From contig JADLAC010000043.1 of assembly GCA_020848435.1 (NCBI GenBank), forward strand, positions 64,670 to 128,669: DNA of 64,000 nucleotides, written 5' to 3'. Positions within the stretch are counted from its first letter, which is position 1. Each line of letters starts with the position of its first letter. Below, in pieces: positions 56,261 to 64,000 of the stretch. Below the pieces are notes generated by a model. That model was not told the origin of the DNA. It made no database searches and saw only the letters and a program-made list of their open reading frames with translations. This DNA is from Burkholderiales bacterium (GTDB lineage Bacteria > Pseudomonadota > Gammaproteobacteria > Burkholderiales > WYBJ01). A program made the translations under genes and the position numbers.

Positions 56261-57484
56261 TCAGCGCAATTGCCGCGCCGCGCGCTCGATCCGCGCGATG
56301 CCCTCGTCGAGCTGGTCCATCGAGGTCGCATACGAGATGCGGAAGTTGGGCGATATGCCGTAGGCGTCGCCCTGTACGACGGCGACCTCGGCGACCTCCA
56401 GCAAGTACAGCGCGACGTCCTGGTCGGTCGCGAGCACCTTGCCTTGCGGCGTGCGTTTGCCGATCCAGCCCGTACAAGAAGGAAACACGTAGAAGGCGCC
56501 TTCCGGGTTGGGGCATGAAAGTCCCGGGATGCGGTTCAATGCGCCGACCACGCGGTCGCGCCGCGCCTGGAAGATGGCCGTACGCTCGGCGACGATCTCC
56601 TGCGGCCCATCCAGCGCGGCGATCACCGCCATCTGCGCGATCGAGTTCGGATTGGACGTGCTTTGCGATTGCAGCTTGCGCATGGCCTCGATGAGAAATT
56701 TCGCGCCGGCGCCGTAACCGATGCGCCAGCCCGTCATGGCGTAGGCCTTCGACACCCCGTTCACCGTGAGGGTGCGCTCGTACAAGCGTGGCTCGACCTC
56801 GGCGATGGTGGCGAACTGCCTGCCGTCGTAGCGCAGGTGCTCGTACATGTCGTCGGTCAGGACCCAGACCTGGGGATGACGCAACAGCACTTCGGCCAGC
56901 GCGGCAAGCTCGGCGCGGGTGTAGGTCGCCCCGCTCGGATTGCTCGGTGAATTGAGCACCAGCCAGCGGGTGCGCGCCGTGATTGCGCGCTCGAGCTGCT
57001 CGGGCTGGAGCTTGAAGCCATGCTCCTGCAAGCAGGCGACGGCAACCGGAACGGCTTCGCACAGCACCGCCTGGTCGATGTAGGAGACCCAGTAGGGCGC
57101 GGGGACGATGACTTCGTCGCCCGCATCGAGCGTCGCCTGGAAGGCGTTGTAGATGACCTGCTTGCCGCCGGTGGAAACCGAGATCTGCTCGGGCTTGTAG
57201 TCCAGCCCGTTCTCGCGCTTGAACTTGCGGCAGATCGCCTGCTTCAGCTCGACGATGCCGTCGACCATCGTGTAGTGCGTGAAATCCTTGCGCAGCGCCT
57301 CGATGGCGGCTTGCTTGACGTGCTCGGGGGTGGGGAAGTCGGGCTCGCCCTGGGCGAAGGAGATGATGTCGCGGCCCCGGGCCTTCATCTCCATCGCCAG
57401 TTGATTGGCGTAGTTGCTCGGCGATTGCTTGATGCTGCGAACACGCTTGGAGATGATTCGGGCGGCGCTATCGGGTGCGTTCAT
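56261..57484 (-). CDS. Class I/II PLP-dependent aminotransferase (aspartate aminotransferase-like)
   Basis: 407 aa. SPSNPSG, the PLP-lysine region NGVSKAYAMTGWRIGY, and the C-terminal R.SYA. Confidence 0.85.
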   Translation of the reverse strand: MNAPDSAARIISKRVRSIKQSPSNYANQLAMEMKARGRDIISFAQGEPDFPTPEHVKQAAIEALRKDFTHYTMVDGIVELKQAICRKFKRENGLDYKPEQISVSTGGKQVIYNAFQATLDAGDEVIVPAPYWVSYIDQAVLCEAVPVAVACLQEHGFKLQPEQLERAITARTRWLVLNSPSNPSGATYTRAELAALAEVLLRHPQVWVLTDDMYEHLRYDGRQFATIAEVEPRLYERTLTVNGVSKAYAMTGWRIGYGAGAKFLIEAMRKLQSQSTSNPNSIAQMAVIAALDGPQEIVAERTAIFQARRDRVVGALNRIPGLSCPNPEGAFYVFPSCTGWIGKRTPQGKVLATDQDVALYLLEVAEVAVVQGDAYGISPNFRISYATSMDQLDEGIARIERAARQLR

Positions 57485-57544
57485 GGGATATCCAATACGC
57501 GGGTTATCGTCGGATCGCGCGAATGCTATCGCAGCGCGCGGCGC

Positions 57545-59083
57545 TCAAGCCATGCCGATCGGCTCGGGCAGCACTTCGAGCACGTTGCCCGGCCGGGCGC
57601 GCATCATCTCGTAGAGCTGTCTGCGCACGCCGGCGTAGGCCGGATCGTCGTAGCGGTTCGTCATCTCCTGCGGATCGTTCACCAAGTCGTACAGCTCGCC
57701 CGCACCGGAATCGAGCTCGAAGGTGCACTTGTGGGTTTTCGTGCGCACGGTACGCAGCTTCACCGCCACGCCGCAGCGCGAGGGATGCACGTGCCATTCG
57801 CTATAGGCGACGTCGCGGGTCTCGCCGCGGTTTTCGAGCAGCGGGCGCAGGCTGCGGCTTTGCAGCGATCGCGCCGGCGGCACGCCCGAATAATCGTGAA
57901 ACGTGGCGGCCAGGTCGAGCGTCGATACCGGCTCGCGCACGACCTGCCCGGCGACGACGCCGGGACCGCGCACCACCATGCCCACCCGCAGCAAGTCCTC
58001 GTAGGGGATCGGGTGCTTCAGATACAAGCCGTGATTGCCGAGCAGCTCGCCGTGGTCGGTGGTGTAGACGACGAGCGTATCGCGCGCGAGCCCGTACTGG
58101 TCGAGCGCCTCCAGCATGCGCCCGACATTGTGGTCGATCTGCGAGATCATGCCGTAGTAATTCGCCGTCATATGCGCGAGCTGCTCGTCGCTCTGGTCGG
58201 GCACGCGCGAGCCCTCGGCCCGGAACCGGTACATCGACGGATCGCTCAACTGCGGCTTGCCTTCGAGCACCGCCTTGTGCCACCACGGCCGGCGCTCGAG
58301 GTCGCGCTCGCGATGCTTGGGCAGCGCGAGCGATTGCGGGTCGTACATCCGGTTCCACGGCTCCGGACAATCGAAGGCGTGGTGCGGATCGGGAAACGAC
58401 GCCCACAGACAAAACGGCTTGTCCGGCTTGCGGCGGGCGAGAAACGCAATCGTGCGATCGGCAATCCAGGTGCTGTTGTGCCAGGCCGAAGGCAGCGCCG
58501 AATTCCAGGTTTGCGCCGCCCCCACGTCGGGCCCCAGATCGGTTCTCCACAGTTCGAGGGCTTCTTCGTCGCGCCCGCGGCTCAACAGCCAGCGTTCGTA
58601 ATGGCCGACCGGGGGCCGTTCGAGCGCCCGGGTGCGATGCAAATGCCCCAGGACGCACAGCTCCACGTGCTGGAAGCCCATGTACGGGCCGAACCAGTCG
58701 GCCCCGTACCGGTCTTGGCTCTTGTTGCACTCGGGCGTGCCGGTCGCGACGAACGTGGACTTGGTCGCGAAGTGCGCCTTGCCGATGAATGCGCTGCTGT
58801 AGCCGGCGGCGGCGAGCGTGCCGGCGAAACCGCGCCCGCCCACGGCCGGGTCGAGGTCCACCCCGTTGTCCCACACCCCGTGCGTAAGCGGCAGCAGGCC
58901 GGTCAATATCGAGGCGCGCGAGGGCTGGCAGACGAGATTCGGCGTGATGCAGGCGCCAAAGCGCGTGCCTTCCCGCGCCATGCGATCGAGATGCGGCGTC
59001 TTCAGCGCCGGATTCTCGAACCCGTAGCAATCCGCGCGCTGTTGGTCAGAAGTTATGAGCAGAATGTTCGGTCGCGCCGTCAT
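57545..59083 (-). CDS. Cys-type sulfatase (formylglycine-dependent), apparently cytoplasmic
   Basis: NILLITSDQQR at the extreme N-terminus, so no signal peptide. CxPSR core in LVCQPSRASILTG. 512 aa. Confidence 0.8.
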   Translation of the reverse strand: MTARPNILLITSDQQRADCYGFENPALKTPHLDRMAREGTRFGACITPNLVCQPSRASILTGLLPLTHGVWDNGVDLDPAVGGRGFAGTLAAAGYSSAFIGKAHFATKSTFVATGTPECNKSQDRYGADWFGPYMGFQHVELCVLGHLHRTRALERPPVGHYERWLLSRGRDEEALELWRTDLGPDVGAAQTWNSALPSAWHNSTWIADRTIAFLARRKPDKPFCLWASFPDPHHAFDCPEPWNRMYDPQSLALPKHRERDLERRPWWHKAVLEGKPQLSDPSMYRFRAEGSRVPDQSDEQLAHMTANYYGMISQIDHNVGRMLEALDQYGLARDTLVVYTTDHGELLGNHGLYLKHPIPYEDLLRVGMVVRGPGVVAGQVVREPVSTLDLAATFHDYSGVPPARSLQSRSLRPLLENRGETRDVAYSEWHVHPSRCGVAVKLRTVRTKTHKCTFELDSGAGELYDLVNDPQEMTNRYDDPAYAGVRRQLYEMMRARPGNVLEVLPEPIGMA

Positions 59084-59248
59084 GGAGGGATCGCTCGGTG
59101 GGATCGGACTGGGAGCGCCGCAAGGCGCGTGCGCGTTTGATTATAGACGCTGACGAAGCGCGCGTGACGGCACGGCCCAATGGCGGCTGCGGACGTCTTC
59201 TGAATCGCGCGCCTGCGTCGCACACGTGAAATCAGGTCCGACAGGCTC

Positions 59249-60466
59249 CTAGGCCGACGCCAAGCCCACGCTCTTATCCACCGCGATGCCCGCCGCCGGC
59301 ATGGGGTACTTCAAGCCGCTCGCGGTATCGAACACGAGCGTGCGCTCGTCGCCGCGGAGCTGTCCGGCCGCGATCGCTTTGCGCCAGGCGGCGAAGCAGC
59401 CGGCGCCCTCGGGACAGAGCAGGATGCCCTCGGCGCGCCCCATGTCGAGTTGTGCCGCGACGATCTCCTCGTCGCTCACCGTAATGCCGAAACCCTCGCT
59501 CGCGCGCAAGATGTCGAGCACCAGGAAATCGCCGATCGTCGCCGGCGCCTTGAAGCCGCTCGCGTAGGTCTCGACCTCGTCCCAGCGCCGCGCGTGGCTC
59601 TGTCCTTCGCGCCAAGCGCGCACCAGCGGGGCGCAGCCGCTCGATTGCACGCACACCATGCGCGGGCGCTTGCGGCCGATCCAGCCGAGCGATTCCATCT
59701 CGTCGAATGCTTTCCACATGCCGATGTAGCCCGTGCCCCCGCCGGTCGGATAGAAGATCACGTCCGGCAGCTCCCACCCCAATTGCTCGGCGAGCTCGAA
59801 GCCCATCGTTTTCTTGCCCTCGATGCGATACGGTTCCTTCAAGGTGGACAGATCGAACCAGCCGCGCTCGCGCGCGAGCGCGCCGGCGAGCTTGCCGCAT
59901 TCGTCGAGCAGGCCGTTGACGAGGTAGACCGAGGCGCCCTGCAGCGCCGCCTGGCGCACGATCGTCTGCGGCGTATCGTCGGGACACAGCACGTGCGATT
60001 CGATGCCGGCGCGACTACAGTACGCCGCCATCGCAGCACCCGCATTGCCCGCGGTCGGGATGACGGCCGCCTTCACGCCGAGCGCCCTCGCCATCGAGAT
60101 CGCGACCGCCTGACCCCGCGCCTTGAACGATCCAGTGGGCAGCATCCCTTCCTGTTTGATCAACAGCTCGCCGCCGCCGGCGGCACGTGCGACGCGCGGT
60201 GCCGCGACGATGGGCGTCACCGTCTCGCCCAGCGAAACAACTTCGGCCGCACGCGGCAGCGGCAGCAGCTCGCGATAGCGCCACATGCTCCACGCCCGCT
60301 CGCGCAACGCCTCGCGGGGGAAGGCGCGCTCGATCTCATCGAGCCGATAGCGCACGAGCAGCGGCTTACCCGAGCGCGACAGCGCATGCAGGCGCCCCGC
60401 CTCGTAGTGTTCCCCGGTCGCACTGCACTCGAGATGGGAGACGAAAGAGCATGGTTCGGAGGTCAT
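59249..60466 (-). CDS. Threonine synthase-like PLP enzyme (ThrC paralog, fold-type II)
   Basis: 405 aa. PLP-lysine motif PTGSFKARG. The N-terminal HLECSATGEHYEAG...LLVRYRL resembles a degenerate zinc-ribbon region of short ThrC / cysteate-synthase-type enzymes. Confidence 0.7.
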   Translation of the reverse strand: MTSEPCSFVSHLECSATGEHYEAGRLHALSRSGKPLLVRYRLDEIERAFPREALRERAWSMWRYRELLPLPRAAEVVSLGETVTPIVAAPRVARAAGGGELLIKQEGMLPTGSFKARGQAVAISMARALGVKAAVIPTAGNAGAAMAAYCSRAGIESHVLCPDDTPQTIVRQAALQGASVYLVNGLLDECGKLAGALARERGWFDLSTLKEPYRIEGKKTMGFELAEQLGWELPDVIFYPTGGGTGYIGMWKAFDEMESLGWIGRKRPRMVCVQSSGCAPLVRAWREGQSHARRWDEVETYASGFKAPATIGDFLVLDILRASEGFGITVSDEEIVAAQLDMGRAEGILLCPEGAGCFAAWRKAIAAGQLRGDERTLVFDTASGLKYPMPAAGIAVDKSVGLASA

Positions 60467-60490
60467 AGTCGCGGGGGCCGAAGCAGCATC

Positions 60491-60530
60491 GGCCGATTGT
60501 TGGGGATCGTTTCATAATATAAAATCGGCC
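60491..60530. promoter_or_regulatory. Candidate operator / divergent promoter region (8-bp perfect inverted repeat around an AT-rich core)
   Basis: GGCCGATT (60491-60498) and AATCGGCC (60523-60530) flank gttggggatcgTTTCATAATATAA. This is the only strongly AT-rich patch in the IclR/ThrC-like intergenic region. Confidence 0.4.
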
Positions 60531-60556
60531 CGAAGCATAAAAGGCCGCCGACTGCC

Positions 60557-61327
60557 GTGCCCGACGCGCAGACCAAGTCCACCATCCAGGTGATCGATCG
60601 CATGATGAGCCTGATCGACGCCCTGGTACGCCATCCCGGTCCGGCCAACCTCAAGCAGCTCGCGGTCGAGACGGGGCTACATCCGTCTACCGCCCACCGT
60701 ATTCTCGCCGTCATGGTCGACAATCGTCTGGTCGACCGCATCGAGCCCGGCACGTATCGGCTCGGCATCCGACTGCTCGAGCTGGGCAACCTGGTGCGAT
60801 TTCGTCTGAACGTGCGCCAGGAGGCGCTGCCGTTCATGCAGCGGTTGCACGAGGCGCTGCACGAGACCGTCAATCTCAGCGTGCGCCAAGGCGACGAAGT
60901 GGTATACGTGGAGCGCGTCGACTCCAGCGCGCACATGATGCGCGTCGTCCAGACCGTCGGTACGCGCGCCCCGTTGCACGCGACGGCTGTGGGCAAAGTC
61001 TTTCTGGCCGAGGACGGCGCGGATGCTGCCAATGCTTATGCGCAGCGTGCCGGGCTCAACCGCCTTACCGAGCACACGCTCGCCGATATCGCCGTCCTCG
61101 GCAGCGAGCTGGGCCAAGTGCGGCTGCAGGGCTACGCCATGGACCGGGAGGAAGCCGAGAAAGGCGTCTCGTGCATCGGCGCGGGCATCCGCGACGACGA
61201 CGGCCGCCTGGTCGCGGGCTTGTCGGTCTCGGCCCCGTCCGATCGGCTGGATCCCGCCTGGGCCGCGCGCGTGCGCGAGACTGCGGAGCAGATCTCGCGC
61301 GCGATGGGCTACGTGCCGCGCGCGTGA
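60557..61327 (+). CDS. IclR-family transcriptional regulator
   Basis: N-terminal wHTH (IQVIDRMMSLIDALV...LKQLAVETGLHPSTAHRIL) and a C-terminal IclR effector domain. GTG start. Confidence 0.85.
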   Translation: MPDAQTKSTIQVIDRMMSLIDALVRHPGPANLKQLAVETGLHPSTAHRILAVMVDNRLVDRIEPGTYRLGIRLLELGNLVRFRLNVRQEALPFMQRLHEALHETVNLSVRQGDEVVYVERVDSSAHMMRVVQTVGTRAPLHATAVGKVFLAEDGADAANAYAQRAGLNRLTEHTLADIAVLGSELGQVRLQGYAMDREEAEKGVSCIGAGIRDDDGRLVAGLSVSAPSDRLDPAWAARVRETAEQISRAMGYVPRA

Positions 61328-61448
61328 GGTGCACGCGGCATGAACGGCCGCTACTTGCAGAATGGATCTGCAGAACCGGACAGACGACGTTCGCGTTTGG
61401 CGTCGGGTAACGCGTGCCTGCCCCCGGGGTCTCCACGCAGGTGAGCCG

Positions 61449-62612
61449 ATGAAACGCGTTCGACAGCGGCTCGGCGAGCGGATCCGGGCCGTCTCGATCT
61501 TGCCCCTCGCCGCGACGCTCTTTCTCGCCGGTATCGTTGCCGCGGGCGAGATGCCGGCCGTGCGCACCGAAGAGCACGCCGTGCGGGTGCGCGTCCTGGT
61601 ACGAGGCTTGGAGCATCCCTGGAGCGTTGCTTTCTTGCCCGATGGGCGCATGCTTGTCACCGAGCGCGAGGGCCGGCTGCGCATCGTGCGCGATGGCAAG
61701 CTCGAGCCGAAGCCGGTCGCGGGCGTGCCGCCGGTCGCGGCGAGCGGTCAAGGCGGACTGCTCGACGTCGTGCTGCATCCGCGCTTCGTCGACAACGGCT
61801 GGATCTACCTGTCCTACGCCGCGCGCGGCCCCGGCGGGGTGGGCACCGAGGTCGCGCGCGCGCGGCTCACGCAGGATCGCCTGGAAGACGTGAAGCAGAT
61901 ATTCGTGATGCAGCCCAAGGTCGGCGGCGGGCGGCACTTCGGCTCGCGCCTGGTGTTCGATCGCCAAGGTCATTTGTTCATCACGCTAGGCGAGCGCGGC
62001 GACCAGGATCGCGCCCAGAGGCTGGACGAGCACCTCGGCAAGATCGTGCGCCTGCATGATGACGGCCGCATTCCGCAGGACAATCCCTTTCGCGCGCGCG
62101 CCGGTGCGAAGCCCGAGATCTACACCCTGGGCAATCGCAACGTCCAAGGCGCGGCTCTGCACCCAGCCACGGGCGAGCTGTGGGCGCACGAGCACGGCCC
62201 GCAGGGCGGCGACGAGATCAACATCATTCGCGCCGGCGCCAACTACGGCTGGCCGGTGGTCACCTACGGGCGCAACTACGGCACCGGCACGAAGATCGGC
62301 GAGGGCACGCACAAGGACGGAATGACGCCGCCGATCCACTACTGGGTGCCCTCGATCGCCCCGTCGGGCATGGCGTTCTATACGGGAGACAAGTTCGCCA
62401 AATGGCGTGGCGATCTATTCGTCGGCGCGCTGCGCGACGAGATGCTGGTACGGCTGCGCTTCGACGCCGACAAGGTGGTGAAGGAGGAGCGGATGCTCAA
62501 AGGCGTGCTCGGCCGCATCCGCGACGTGCGACTAGGCCCCGACGGTTATCTCTACGTCCTCACCGACGAATCCGACGGCGTTCTGGCCCGGATCGAGCCG
62601 GCCGGCGGTTGA
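61449..62612 (+). CDS. PQQ-dependent soluble sugar (aldose/sorbosone) dehydrogenase, YliI-like
   Basis: Start at MKRVRQRL with a signal/TM segment. HPWSVAFLPDGRMLVTEREGRLRIV, GLLDVVLHP, and HGPQGGDEINIIRAGANYGWP. Confidence 0.8.
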   Translation: MKRVRQRLGERIRAVSILPLAATLFLAGIVAAGEMPAVRTEEHAVRVRVLVRGLEHPWSVAFLPDGRMLVTEREGRLRIVRDGKLEPKPVAGVPPVAASGQGGLLDVVLHPRFVDNGWIYLSYAARGPGGVGTEVARARLTQDRLEDVKQIFVMQPKVGGGRHFGSRLVFDRQGHLFITLGERGDQDRAQRLDEHLGKIVRLHDDGRIPQDNPFRARAGAKPEIYTLGNRNVQGAALHPATGELWAHEHGPQGGDEINIIRAGANYGWPVVTYGRNYGTGTKIGEGTHKDGMTPPIHYWVPSIAPSGMAFYTGDKFAKWRGDLFVGALRDEMLVRLRFDADKVVKEERMLKGVLGRIRDVRLGPDGYLYVLTDESDGVLARIEPAGG

Positions 62613-62638
62613 GGCGAGCGAATCCCCCCCGGTCTCGC

Positions 62639-63316
62639 TCAGCCGCGCCGATGCGGGTGCGGGTATTCCACCAGTTCCTTGGCCTTCCACTCCATCGCAT
62701 CGATGCGGCTCAAGTAGCGGCATTGCGAAGCGGGGATGAGCGCGTAGTGGCGGGCGAGATCCACCCGGCGCTCGACCTCCCACGCACCGGCTTCCCCGGT
62801 GACCCAGTGCTCGGGGTCGAGCGTACGCAAGTCGAAGGCGCGCGAGTATTCGCGCAGCGTCTTCTCGCCGCGCTTGTTGTGATACTCGTGGAAGTACGAC
62901 AGCGCCAGCTCGCGCAGCGTGCGGTAGACCGGGTCGCGCCCGCGCAGGGCGACGTGGTTGCTCTTGGCGATCGCGCCCCACAAGCCGCCGCGGCGAAACA
63001 GCGCCACCACATGATCCCAGTCGCGGCATGCTCGCATGTCGAGTATGAGCGGCGGCTCGCCGTGCAGCCATAGCGCGCAAGCAGCCACCAGAGCTGCTTC
63101 GATGCAATGCGCCCGCCGCTGCTTCAGCACCTGGCGCACGGTATAGCAGGTATCGCCTTCGGTTTCGTGATTGATGGGAATGGCGTTGATGTAGCGCTGC
63201 AACTCGCGCGGATCGGCGTAGCGCAGCAGGAGAGAACGCTCCTTGCGCGTCAGGGCGAGATCACGCGCTCGGGCTAGCGGCATGGCCGCCGCGGCGGCCG
63301 CGCGCGGCGCACGCAA
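62639..63316 (-). CDS. Hypothetical protein with a transglutaminase/papain-like Cys-His fold signature
   Basis: RRAHCIEAALVAACALWLHG ... DWDHVVALFRR ... WGAIAKSNH fits a Cys...His...Asp/Asn arrangement. The start is uncertain: TTG 63316 or ATG 63283. Confidence 0.45.
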   Translation of the reverse strand: MRAPRAAAAAAMPLARARDLALTRKERSLLLRYADPRELQRYINAIPINHETEGDTCYTVRQVLKQRRAHCIEAALVAACALWLHGEPPLILDMRACRDWDHVVALFRRGGLWGAIAKSNHVALRGRDPVYRTLRELALSYFHEYHNKRGEKTLREYSRAFDLRTLDPEHWVTGEAGAWEVERRVDLARHYALIPASQCRYLSRIDAMEWKAKELVEYPHPHRRG

Positions 63317-63332
63317 ACCGCGCCGAGCACGC

Positions 63333-63887
63333 TCACTCCGTGATCACCTCGTAGCGGACGTCGACGATTTCAAGCTCCTCCAGCCCACGCGGGCTTTGGA
63401 AACTCACGACATCGCCCGAGCGCGCCTTCAGCAGCGCTCGCGACACCGGCGCGATCCAACTCACGCGATTGCGCCGCGGATCGACTTCGTCCATGCCGAC
63501 GATGGTGATGGTGCGCTCCTCGCCCTCGGCATCGACATAGGTCACGGTCGCGCCGAAGAACACCTGGTCGGTCGCTTCGCGCGCGAGCGGGTCCACGACC
63601 GCGGCCTGATCGAGGCGCTTGGTGAGGAAGCGGATGCGGCGGTCGATCTCCCGCAACCTGCGCTTGCCGTAGATGTAGTCGCCATTCTCGGAGCGGTCGC
63701 CGTTCGAGGCCGCCCATGCGACGGTACGCACGACTTCGGGCCGTTCTTCGTCCAGCAAGTGCCTGAGCTCGGCGCGCAGGCGCGCGTGGCCCGCCGGCGA
63801 AATGTAGTTCTTCAGCCCGTGCGGCAAGACCGGCGCATCGCCGTCGGTCGCGTCGTCGTGAAGCTCCTGGCGGCTCGATGAGCTCAT
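63333..63887 (-). CDS. greB: Transcription elongation factor GreB
   Basis: Start at MSSSSRQEL. NYISPAGHARLRAEL...DRSENGDYIYGKRRLREIDRRIRFL... and the C-terminal SWIAPVSRALLKARSGDVV are typical of the Gre factor family. I favour GreB because of the basic coiled-coil. Confidence 0.8.
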   Translation of the reverse strand: MSSSSRQELHDDATDGDAPVLPHGLKNYISPAGHARLRAELRHLLDEERPEVVRTVAWAASNGDRSENGDYIYGKRRLREIDRRIRFLTKRLDQAAVVDPLAREATDQVFFGATVTYVDAEGEERTITIVGMDEVDPRRNRVSWIAPVSRALLKARSGDVVSFQSPRGLEELEIVDVRYEVITE

Positions 63888-64000
63888 GGCAATTCGCGCG
63901 CGGGCGAGCGCGGCTAACACTCCATGTAGTGTATGGAGAACAGGCCCGCGCCGTCCACCCAGCATTGCCTCGGCCGGAAGCCTGCACAGGCCGCCAGCGC

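Noticed and set aside
57020-59140. 706-aa ORF antisense to the aminotransferase/sulfatase genes; similarly 7979-9343 (antisense to pabB), 2962-3939 and 294-1916 (antisense to the MoxR module), 44955-46808 and 49169-50776
   Set aside because: All overlap well-supported genes on the opposite strand and have an arginine/alanine-rich composition with no motifs. They are typical high-GC shadow ORFs.

Overview
This is a visibly high-GC chromosomal segment. Three Bug/TctC-type tricarboxylate receptors, MCE/Mla, TRAP and Nap genes suggest a Burkholderiales-like betaproteobacterium; that is an inference from gene content only. I support about 60 protein-coding genes. By eye I found no rRNA, tRNA, CRISPR array, transposase, integrase or prophage block.

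Gene content from left to right:
- A SpoIIM-like / DUF4129-like / DUF4350-like / MoxR AAA+ / DUF58 membrane module. A 2.5-kb block (M15-type peptidase, DUF924, orphan HlyD-like adaptor, DUF3467) separates MoxR from DUF58.
- pabB, class III alcohol dehydrogenase (adhC/frmA type), gluQ, a rhodanese, and an EnvZ/OmpR-type two-component pair.
- A four-gene MCE/Mla-like ABC system, a CBS protein, and a PAS-GAF-GGDEF-EAL protein.
- A complete napFDAGHBC periplasmic nitrate reductase operon with an FNR-type box upstream.
- A TRAP transporter with an amidase.
- A CoA-transferase / acyl-CoA dehydrogenase / MaoC hydratase / CitE-like lyase cluster.
- lutA-lutB-mmsA-lutC.
- An aldehyde dehydrogenase and a cytoplasmic BisC-type molybdoenzyme.
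- A threonine aldolase / aminotransferase / Cys-type sulfatase / ThrC-paralog set next to an IclR regulator.
- A PQQ sugar dehydrogenase, a transglutaminase-fold hypothetical, and greB.

I see no recognisable defence or secretion 'system'. The observations I rate highest:
1. A family of about 23-bp inverted-repeat (REP/MITE-like) elements, GGGGTCAGGTCTTGCACGTTGCA...TGCAACGTGCAAGACCTGACCCC, in three intergenic sites within 4.4 kb. Shorter GGGTCNGACCC palindromic units occur elsewhere, and one appears to have replaced the adhC stop codon.
2. The split, functionally uncharacterised MoxR/DUF58 membrane module.
3. An mmsA gene embedded in the lutABC operon.
4. A 54-codon two-TM ORF that is missing from the ORF track.
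5. The sulfatase/ThrC-paralog/PLP-enzyme cluster, whose substrate is unknown.

All family assignments rest on motif recognition by eye. No database search was run.
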